Assembly: GCF_018350175.1 (NCBI RefSeq)
Contig: NC_058368.1
Coordinates: forward strand, 33,420,001-33,484,000
DNA from: Felis catus
Taxonomy: Eukaryota
Length of the DNA: 64,000 nt
Reading direction: 5' to 3'
Shown here: piece by piece, positions 54,581 to 64,000 of the stretch
Position numbering within the stretch: the stretch's first letter is position 1
Layout of the letters: each line of letters begins with the position of its first letter
The notes under the pieces: model-generated
Database searches by the model: none
What the model was told of the DNA's origin: nothing
The model's input: only the letters and a program-made list of their open reading frames with translations
Position numbers and translations under genes: made by a program

Positions 54581-54692
54581 GTATATTAGTTTCTTAATGC
54601 TGCTGTAACTAATTATTATAAGGTTAGTAGCTTAAAACAACACAAATTTATTTTCTTTCACTTCTTGAGGTCAGATGTCTGAAATGGGCCTC
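54581..54692 (-). mobile_element. MLT1 LTR end fragment
   Basis: GTATATTAGTTTC...GCTGCTGTAAC...GCTTAAAACAACACAAATTTATT. Confidence 0.7.
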
Positions 54693-54711
54693 CACAAAAA
54701 GGTTAATCCCA

Positions 54712-54920
54712 GGGGCACCTGGGTGGCTCAGTGGGTTAAGCGTCTGACCTCCATTCAGATCATGATCTCAGTTGGCAAGTTCGAGCCTTGTGTCAGACTC
54801 TGCTGACAGCTCCGAGCCTGGAGCCTTCTTCAGATTCTGTCTCCCTCTCTCTCTTCCCCTCCCCACTCGTTCTCTCTCTCTCTCAAAAAGAAATAAATAG
54901 TAAAAAAAAATAAAAATAAA
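54712..54920 (+). mobile_element. Can-SINE
   Basis: SINEC body; near-TSD AAAAAGGTTAATCCCA / AAAAAGTTCATCCCA. Confidence 0.94.
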
Positions 54921-54934
54921 AAAAAGTTCATCCC

Positions 54935-55350
54935 AATACTTCCATGGTAAAACCAAAATGCAAGCAACCTAATATCTCTCATAAAATAGATATATAAATT
55001 ATGAGCTATTCGTGCAATCAGATGTCATATTACAATGAAAAAAAAAACTATATACAAAGCAATATGATGACTTTCACACATACACAAAATGTAGCACAGA
55101 GGCAACCACACATAAAAAATTAGACCCTGTAAGATTCTATATGCGTAATGTTTAAAAAAAGCAAACTATGTGAAATAGTGGCAGTAGAAATCATAATGGT
55201 AGTGACTATTGGGAGTCTGGAAAGACTGGAAGGGGATACAAGGTTGCTTCTGTGGTTCTGCTAAGGTTCTTTTTCCTCATCTATGTGCTAGTAAAATTGA
55301 TCTGTAAACTTTATGACTTGTGCATATTTCTGTTCATAGTTCTATTTCTA
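54935..55350 (+). mobile_element. Old L1 (L1ME-like) 3'UTR relic
   Basis: Degenerate AAGCAACCTAATATC...GTAGAAATCATAATGGTAGTGACTATTGGG...TATGACTTGTGCATATTTCTG. Confidence 0.55.
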
Positions 55351-55990
55351 TCTAAGATATACAGCAAGGATTTTAGTCACTATGCAATTTATAAGCTCAA
55401 CTTCAGCATTCACTTTTCCTCGCTGGATTTTTTTTTTCCTTTCTTCTTACCATTTTCTTTCTATAATCAAATGACTGCCTCTATCCAGCACTTGTTTCTA
55501 CAATCTAATAATGAAGTAGAAGGCATTTCAGTAGAATTACAAATTTGCATACATTTTTTTTTTTCTGATTGAAGAGACAGTTAAACACCATCTCGAGTAT
55601 CATTGATTAGCTGAATGGTTAAACAGGATGTTCCAATCTATGCAAATAGTGAGTATTGAGGTTTAGAGGCAAAAGGAAGTGCAGAAATTTTTGAAAGTTC
55701 TGGAAATTTCACTGTCATTGTAATACAGATATCAAGGTTAAAGAAAGAGTGGTAACAGCAAATTTTGATAGTAATGCCAGGAAAAAAAACAGGCAAGAGA
55801 TGGAACACATACTAAGGCATTTCATATATTTTAAGGGTAATAAAGGGCTACGAAATACCAAAAAGAACTAAAAATTCCTATTTACATCTGTTGTTAATTA
55901 TTGTTTAAATATATTTTACTACATCTTCTTGTGTATCTTGTAGTGTCCTAGTTTGCATTTCTATTTTATCTTGTTAAAAATGTAATTTCT

Positions 55991-56200
55991 GGGGGTGTCT
56001 GGATGGCTCAGTCGGTTAAGTGTCCTACTTTGGCTCAGGTCATGATCTCGCGGTACCTGGGTTCAAGCCACACTGGGCTGTGTGCTGACAGCTCAGAACC
56101 TGGAGCCTGCTTTGCATTCTCTGTCTCCCTTTCTCTCTGCCCTTTCTCCATTCCCTCTCTCTCTCTCTCTCTCTCTCTCTCAAAAATAAATAAACATTTA
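55991..56200 (+). mobile_element. Can-SINE
   Basis: TSD AAAAATGT(A/G)ATTTCT at both flanks. Confidence 0.95.
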
Positions 56201-56989
56201 AAAAATGTGATTTCTGAGTGGAAGTTGTAAGAACCATTGCTTACTTTGTCACAGTTTCTCTTCCAGACCGTAACTGTTCAGTCAGTCTATCAGAGTAAGG
56301 GCAACAATTCAGTTGCAGAGCCCCCAGCAGACTGGAAGAAGTCCTAACAATGCGAAGACATTTTAGCATTTATGGGATGCCTAATGAACATCTATATATA
56401 AAGACAGGCATTTGCAATCCATATACCACTTGGAAAAGTTTGTGCTTCTTTTTTGAGTTAGGCCCTGGGATTTAGTAAACTCAGCCATAAACAATGGGAT
56501 TAGCATGGCCAAAGTTCATTGTAGAGCAAAGGGAGATCTGCTTCAAACAAGCAAAGGCTCATTACATGTAGTTGTTAGGCATTGGCAGCTATACCTTTTT
56601 GTTGTTGTTGTTTGTAAATTTTTTATCATAGTTGCCTCCTGCCCCCAAAACTGCATTTCCTGTCTCCAAGCCAGTACCATAAGCCAGAAATTTAAATAAC
56701 AAAACTTGACCAAACTCCAAATTTAGTACTGAGTACTATTGTGTGGGGTTTGTCTTTGTTTATTGGGTTTTTGTGTTGCTTGGTTGCCCAAATTTTCTTG
56801 GATCAGTGCTGACCCACGATCTCTGAACTTCTCTCCCCACTCCTCATATTCAGTCTCTGTCTCACGATAAATTGATCTAAGGTCAGAGTGGAAATGAGCA
56901 AGTAATTCTTGGTACTTGTAGATAATTTAAATCTATAAGCTCTATCATCTTTCCAAAATAAAACTGGTGTTGGTTGTAACATAATCTCT

Positions 56990-57420
56990 GCATGAGGGTT
57001 CTCCGGAGAAACAGAACCCATAGGGTAACTAGATACATATATGAAGAGATTTATTATAACTGGCTCATGCAGTTATGGAGTCAAGTAAATCCCCAAATCT
57101 GCTGTCTGAAAGCTGGAGAACAAAGGAGGCTGAAGGAGAATTCAGTGCAAGTCTAAAAGCCTGAGAACCAGGGGCCCCTGGTGTTAAATCTTAGATTCTA
57201 CAGACCTAAGAACCAGGAGCTCTGATGTTCAAGGACGGGAGAAGATGTCTCAGTTTAGGAAAGGAAAGAACTTGTGCTTCCTGTGTCTTTTTGTTCTACT
57301 CAGGTCTTCCACAGATTAAATGATGCCCACTCACACTGATGAGGGCAGGTTTTACTCAGTGGGCTAATCCATCCAAATGTTAATATCTATGGAAACACCC
57401 TCACAGACACATCCAGAAAT
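56990..57420 (-). mobile_element. MLT2 (MLT2B-like) ERVL LTR
   Basis: GGGTTCTCCGGAGAAACAGAACC, CCTGAGAACCAGG, GATGCCCACTCACA, AAACACCCTCACAGACACA. Confidence 0.85.
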
Positions 57421-57636
57421 CCCATTTGATCAGTTCTCTGTTCCGGCTCTGGAAGTAATTCGTTATCTACGAAAGATAGGAGGAGTGGTTAAAAAAAACA
57501 TCCTGTGAGAAGGAAGTCAGATTTGATTCTGAAGGAAAAATTGCAACATTATAGGGTTTCACATAGCAGAGTGGTAAGTTAAGAAAGAACTTTCAGCTAC
57601 CTGGCTGAGTCTGTTCAGGCTGCTTTAACAAAATAC

Positions 57637-57786
57637 TGATGAGGTTTTGGGGTGGTGGTGGGGTTTCAGAGCCGATGGCCGAGAAAGAATTCCTGAAGAC
57701 GTCTTTGGTACAAAAAGGTCATTTTATTAAAGCATGGAGACATGGGCAGAAAGAGCTGCGCTGAGCTTGTTAAGAATAACTGGTTA
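57637..57786 (-). mobile_element. Carnivore ERV LTR (CarLTR-like), left piece; continues from 63784
   Basis: TGATGAGG..., GAGAAAGAATTCCTGAAGACGTCTTTGG, TTTTATTAAAGC (polyA signal on the minus strand); split by the L1. Confidence 0.6.
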
Positions 57787-58714
57787 GGGAGAAGCGGCAA
57801 GATGGCGGCTTAGGAGGACGCTGGGCTCACCGCGCGTCCTGCTGATCACTTAGATTCCACCTACACCTGCCTAAATAACCCAGAAAACCGCCAGAGGATT
57901 AGCAGAACGGAGTCGCCGGAGCCAAACGCAGACGAGAGGCCCACAGAAGAGGGTAGGAAGGGCTGCGAGGCGGTGCGCGCTCCACGGACTGGCGGGAGGG
58001 AGCCGGGGCGGAGGGGCGGCTCGCCAGCCAAGCAGAGACCCCGAGTCTGGCTTGCAAAAGCGAAGGGGCCTGACGGACTGTGTTCCCACAACAAGCGCGA
58101 CTTAGTGTCTGGGAGGTCATAAGTTAACAGCTCTGCTCGGAAAGCGGGAAGGCTGGAGGACAAAGGGAGGGAGAGCTGCTGAGCCCCTGACGACAGAGCT
58201 CAGCTTGGTGGGGAACAAAGGCGCTCGCCAGCGCCATCTCTCCCGCCCATCCCCCAGCCAAAATCCCAAAGAGAACCAGTTCCTGCCAGGGAACTTGCTC
58301 GCTCCTCCCAAACACCCAACTCTGTGCTTCTGCGGAGCCAAACCTCCGGCAGCGGATCTGACTCCCTCCCGCTGCCACAGGGCCCCTCCTGAAGAGGATC
58401 ACCTAAGGAGAAGCGATTTAAGCCTGCCCCTCCTGCCCCCATGCACCTTGCCTACCCACCCCAGCTAATACGCCAGATCCCCAGCATCACAAGCCTGGCA
58501 GTGTGCAAGTAGCCCAGACGGGCCACACCACCCCACAGTGAATCCCGCCCCTAGGAGAGGGGAAGAGAAGGCACACACCAGTCTGACTGTGGCCCAGCGG
58601 TGGGCTGGGGGCAGACATCAGGTCTGACTGCGGCCCCGCCCACCAACTCCAGTTATACACCACAACACAGGGGAAGGGCCCTGCAGGTCCTCACCACGCC
58701 AGGGACTATCCAAA
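57787..58714 (+). promoter_or_regulatory. L1 internal promoter / CpG-rich 5'UTR with YY1 motif CAAGATGGCGGC (57798-57809)
   Basis: High CpG density and a perfect YY1 consensus near the 5' tip, as is typical of mammalian L1 promoters. Confidence 0.8.
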
Positions 58715-59604
58715 ATGACCAAGCGGAAGAATTCCCCTCAGAAGAATCTCCAGGAAATAACAACAGCTAATGAGCTGATCAAAAAGGATTTAAATAATAT
58801 AACAGAAAGTGAATTTAGAATAATAGTCATAAAATTAATCGCTGGGCTTGAAAACAGTATACAGGACAGCAGAGAATCTCTTGCTACAGAGATCAAGGGA
58901 CTAAGGAACAGTCACGAGGAGCTGAAAAACGCTTTAAACGAAATGCATAACAAAATGGAAACCACCACAGCTCGGCTTGAAGAGGCAGAGGAGAGAATAG
59001 GTGAACTAGAGGATAAAGTTATGGAAAAAGAGGAAGCTGAGAAAAAGAGAGATAAAAAAATCCAGGAGTATGAGGGGAAAATTAGAGGACTAAGTGATAC
59101 ACTAAAAAGAAATAATATACGCATAATTGGTATCCCAGAGGAGGAAGAGAGAGGGAAAGGTGCTGAAGAGGTACTTGAAGAAATAATAGCTGAGAACTTC
59201 CCTGAACTGGGGAAGGAAAAAGGCATTGAAATCCAAGAGGCACAGAGAACTCCCTTCAGACGTAACTTGAATCGATCTTCTGCACGACATATCATAGTCA
59301 AACTGGCAAAATACAAGGATAAAGAGAAAATTCTGAAAGCAGCAAGGGGTAAACGTGCCCTCACATATAAAGGGAGACCTATAAGACTCGTGACTGATCT
59401 CTCTTTTGAAACTTGGCAGGCCAGAAAGAATTGGCACGAGATTTTCAGGGTGCTAGACAGAAAAAATATGCAGCCGAGAATCCTTTATCCAGCAAGTCTG
59501 TCATTTAGAATAGAAGGAGAGATAAAGGTCTTCCCAAACAAAAACTGAAGGAATTTGTCACCACTAAACCAGCCCTACAAGAGATCCTAAGGGGGACCCT
59601 GTGA
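58715..59604 (+). pseudogene. L1 ORF1p (coiled coil/RRM/CTD); a 4-bp deletion near 59538 truncates it at 277 aa
   Basis: CCCAAACAAAAACTG versus CCCAAACAAACAAAAACTG in the minus copy; the natural C-terminus KEFVTTKPALQEILRGTL* ends at 59604 in another frame. Confidence 0.93.
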
Positions 59605-59654
59605 GACAAAGTCCCAGAGACATCACTACAAGCATAAAACATACAGACATCACA

Positions 59655-62600
59655 ATGACTCTCAACCCGTATCTTTCTATAATAAAACTGAATGTAAATG
59701 GATTAAATGCACCAACCAAAAGACATAGGGTATCAGAATGGATAAAAAAACAAGACCCATCTATTTGCTGTCTACAAGAGACTCATTTTAGACCTGAGGA
59801 CACCTTTAGATTGAGAGTGAGGGGATGGGGAACTATTTATCATGCCACTGGGTGTCAAAAGAAAGCTGGAGTAGCCATACTTATATCAGACAAACTAGAC
59901 TTTAAATTAAAGGCTGTAACAAGAGATGAAGAAGGATATTATATAATAGTTACAGGGTCTATCCATCAGGAAGAGCTAACAATTATAAATGTCTATGCGC
60001 CGAATACCGGAGCCCCCAAATATATAAAACAATTACTCATAAACATAAGCAACCTTATTGATAAGAATGTGGTAATTGCAGGGGACTTTAACACCCCACT
60101 TACAGAAATGGACAGATCATCTAGACACACGGTCAATAAAGAAACAAGGACCCTGAATGACACATTGGATCAGATGGACTTGACAGATATATTTAGAACG
60201 CTGCATCCCAAAGCAACAGAATATACTTTCTTCTCGAGTGCTCACGGAACATTCTCCAAGATAGATCACATACTGGGTCACAAAACAGCCCTTCATAAGT
60301 TGACAAGAATTGAAATTATACCATGCATACTTTCAGACCACAATGCTATGAAGCTTGAAATCAACCACAGAAAAAAGTCTGGAAAACCTCCAAAGGCATG
60401 GAGGTTAAAGAACACCCTACTAACGAATGAGTGGGTCAACCAGGCAATTAGAGAAGAAATTAAAAAATATATGGAAACAAATGAAAATGAAAATACAACA
60501 ATCCAAACGCTTTGGGACGCAGCGAAGGCAGTCCTGAGAGGAAAATACATTGCAATCCAGGCCTATCTCAAGAAACAAGAAAAATCCCAAATACAAAATC
60601 TAACAGCACACCTAAAGGAACTAGAAGCAGAACAGCAAAGGCAGCCTAAACCCAGCAGAAGAAGAGAAATAATAAAGATCAGAGCAGAAATAAACAATAT
60701 AGAATCTAAAAAAAACTGTAGAGCAGATCAACGAAACCAAGAGTTGGTTTTTTGAAAACAATAAACAAAATTGACAAACCTCTAGCCAGGCTTCTCAAAA
60801 AGAAAAGGGAAATGACCCAAATAGATAAAATCATGAATGAAAATGGAATTATTACAACCAATCCCTCAGAGATACAAACAATTATCAGGGAATACTATGA
60901 AAAATTATATGCCAACAAACTGGACAACCTGGAAGAAATGGACAAATTCCTGAACACCCACACTCTTCCAAAACTCAATCAGGAGGAAATAGAAAGCTTG
61001 AACAGACCCATAACCAGCGAAGAAATTGAATCGGTTATCAAAAATCTCCCAACAAATAAGAGTCCAGGACCAGATGGCTTCCCAGGGGAGTTCTACCAGA
61101 CGTTTAAAGCAGAGATAATACCTATCCTTCTCAAGCTATTCCAAGAAATAGAAAGGGAAGGAAAACTTCCAGACTCATTCTATGAAGCCAGTATTACTTT
61201 GATTCCTAAACCAGACAGAGACCCAGTAAAAAAAGAGAACTACAGGCCAATATCCCTGATGAATATGGATGCAAAAATTCTCAATAAGATACTAGCAAAT
61301 CGAATTCAACGGCATATAAAAAGAATTATTCACCATGATCAAGTGGGATTCATTCCTGGGATGCAGGGCTGGTTCAACATTCGCAAATCAATCAACGTGA
61401 TACATCACATTAACAAAAAAAAAGAGAAGAACCATATGATCCTGTCAATCGATGCAGAAAAGGCCTTTGACAAAATCCAGCACCCTTTCTTAATAAAAAC
61501 CCTTGAGAAAGTCGGGATAGAAGGAACATACTTAAAGATCATAAAAGCCATTTATGAAAAGCCCACACCTAACATCATCCTCAACGGGGAAAAACTGAGA
61601 GCTTTTTCCCTGAGATCAGGAACACGACAAGGATGCCCACTCTCACCGCTGCTGTTTAACATAGTGCTGGAAGTTCTAGCATCAGCAATCAGACAACAAA
61701 AGGAAATCAAAGGCATCAAAATTGGCAAAGACGAAGTCAAGCTTTCGCTTTTTGCAGATGACATGATATTATACATGGAAAATCCAAAAGACTCCACCAA
61801 AAGTCTACTAGAACTGATACATGAATTCAGCAAAGTTGCAGGATACAAAATCAATGTACAGAACTCAGTTGCATTCTTCTACACTAAGAATGAAGCAACA
61901 GAAAGACAAATAAAGAAACTGATCCCATTCACAATTGCACCAAGAAGCATAAAATACCTAGGAATAAATCTAACCAAAGATGTAAAGGATCTGTATGCTG
62001 AAAACTATAGAAAGCTTATGAAGGAAATTGAAGAAGATTTAAAGAAATGGAAAGACATTCCCTACTCATGGATTGGAAAAATAAACATTGTCAAAATGTC
62101 AATACTACCCAAAGCTATCTACACATTCAATGCAATCCCAATCAAAATTGCACCAGCATTCTTCTTGAAACTAGAACAAGCAATCCTAAAATTCATATGG
62201 AACCACAAAAGGCCCCGAATAGCCAAAGGAATTCTGACGAAGAAGACCAAAGCAGGAGGCATCACAATCCCAGACTTTAGCCTCTACTACAAAGCTGTCA
62301 TCATCAAGACAGCATGGTATTGGCACAGAAACAGACACATAGACCAATGGAATAGAATAGAAACCCCAGAACTAGACCCACAAACATATGGCCAACTCAT
62401 CTTTGACAAAGCAGGAAAGAACATCCAATGGAAAAAAGACAGCCTCTTTAACAAATGGTGCTGGGAGAACTGGACAGCAACATGCAGAAGGTTGACACTA
62501 GACCACTTTCTCACACCATTCACAAAAATAAACTCCAAATGGATAAAGGACCTAAATGTGAGACAGGAAACCATCAAAACCTTAGAGGAGAAAGCAGGAA

Positions 62601-63481
62601 AAGACCTCTCTGACCTCAGCCGTAGCAATCTCTTACTCGACACATCCCCAAAGGCAAGGGAATTAAAAGCAAAAGTGAATATCTGGGACCTTATGAAGAT
62701 AAAAAGCTTCTGCACAGCAAAGGAAACAACCAACAAAACGAAAAGGCAACCAACGGAATGGGAAAAGATATTCGCAAATGACATATCAGACAAAGGGCTA
62801 GTATCCAAAATCTATAAAGAGCTCACCAAACTCCACACCCGAAAAACAAATAACCCAGTGAAGAAATGGGCAGAAAACATGAATAGACACTTCTCTAAAG
62901 AAGACATCCGGATGGCCAACAGGCACATGAAAAGATGTTCAGCGTCGCTCCTTATCAGGGAAATACAAATCAAAACCACACTCAGGTATCACCTCACGCC
63001 AGTCAGAGTGGCCAAAATGAACAAATCAGGAGACTCTAGATGCTGGAGAGGATGTGGAGAAACGGGAACCCTCTTGCACTGTTGGTGGGAATGCAAATTG
63101 GTGCAGCCGCTCTGGAAAGCAGTGTGGAGGTTCCTCAGAAAATTAAAAATAGACCTACCCTATGACCCAGCAATAGCACTGCTAGGAATTTATCCAAGGG
63201 ATACAGGAGTACTGATGCATAGGGCCACTTGTACCCCAATGTTCATAGCAGCACTCTCAACAATAGCCAAATTATGGAAAGAGCCTAAATGTCCATCCAC
63301 TGATGAATGGATAAAGAAATTGTGGTTTATATACACAATGGAATATTACGTGGCAATGAGAAAAAATGAAATATGGCCTTTTGTAGCAACGTGGATGGAA
63401 CTGGAGAGTGTGATGCTAAGTGAAATAAGCCATACAGAGAAAGACAGATACCATATGGTTTCACTCTTATGTGGACCCTGA
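59655..63481 (+). pseudogene. L1 ORF2p (EN-RT-CCHC); two +1 frameshifts (A8 at 60708-60715, C at 60759), otherwise open
   Basis: EN motifs LNVNGLN, QETH, GDFNTPL and SDHN; RT FADD at 61751-61762; CWRGC...HCWWEC; 909-aa uninterrupted downstream frame. Confidence 0.95.
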
Positions 63482-63783
63482 GAAATTAACAGGAACCCAT
63501 GGGGGAGGGGAAGGAAAAAAAAAAAAAAACAGGTTAGCGTGGGAGAGAGCCAAAGCATAAGAGACTCTTAAAAACTGAGAACAAACTGAGGGTTGATGGG
63601 GGGTGGGAGGGAGGAGAGGGTGGGTGATGGGTATTGAGGAGGGCACCTTTTGGGATGAGCACTGGGTGTTGTATGGAAACTAATTTGTCAATAAATTTCA
63701 TATAAAAAAAATAAAAAATAAAAAAAATAAACAATAAAAAATAAAAATTAAAAAAAAAAGAAAAAAAAAAGAATGACTGGTTA

Positions 63784-63890
63784 TATATTATGGAGTTGGG
63801 GGAGCTAAAGTCAAGGGGCAGTTTCCTAATGGAATTTCCATATGCTAAAAAGACTCATAGATTATTGGAGGCCTAGCTAGTTTGGGTCTT
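63784..63890 (-). mobile_element. Carnivore ERV LTR, right piece
   Basis: Reads continuously with 57637-57786 once the L1 and one TSD copy are removed. Confidence 0.55.
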
Positions 63891-64000
63891 AGCAGCTACC
63901 AATGAAGAGCATAGATTAGAATGAGACACCTCTCCAGAAGAGAATGTCAGATGTCTTCTATATAGTGGTACTGGAGAAGAATGATGAAAGACTAAACTCT

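Larger units (their letters stand above)
57787..63768 (+). mobile_element. Full-length young LINE-1 (L1_Fc-type)
   Basis: CpG-rich 5'UTR, ORF1, ORF2, G-rich 3'UTR, AATAAA at 63690-63695, long A tail; TSD AAGAAT(A/G)ACTGGTTA at 57772-57786 and 63769-63783. Confidence 0.99.

Noticed and set aside
808..56200. SINE heads as tRNA genes, and SINE-derived short ORFs as CDS
   Set aside because: The A/B boxes belong to tRNA-derived Can-SINEs with CT tracts, A tails and TSDs; the ORFs are low-complexity repeat translations.
62287..62808. 173-aa antisense ORF (also 58912-59364 and 10763-11188)
   Set aside because: Antisense shadows of L1 ORF1/ORF2, common in A-rich coding sequence.
63598..63631. G-quadruplex-like tract
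   Set aside because: Standard polypurine tract of the mammalian L1 3'UTR; not novel.

Overview
AT-rich, repeat-dense mammalian DNA. It is felid-type, judged from the tRNA-derived Can-SINEs (SINEC_Fc-like) and L1_Fc-like LINE-1s. I recognise no host protein-coding exon, so it is probably intronic or intergenic. Almost all long ORFs in the track are LINE-1 ORF1/ORF2 pieces or antisense shadows of repeats. Contents: two full-length L1_Fc-type elements with TSDs in opposite orientation (8991-15213 minus, degraded; 57787-63768 plus, nearly intact), several older or truncated L1s, 21 Can-SINEs, solo LTRs (LTR40-, MLT1-, MLT2- and carnivore ERV-like), L2/L3/MIR relics and microsatellites. Most notable: (i) both full-length L1s carry the same +1 C insertion in ORF2, which splits it into an EN ORF and an RT ORF whose ATG lies 37 nt downstream of the stop; (ii) an L1 whose 5' tip is fused directly to the inter-ORF spacer (ORF1-less, ORF2-only); (iii) a 73-codon antisense ORF0-like frame in both L1 5'UTRs; (iv) two short 3' transductions. 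Repeat subfamily names come from recalled consensus sequences, not a database search, and the boundaries of old repeats are approximate.
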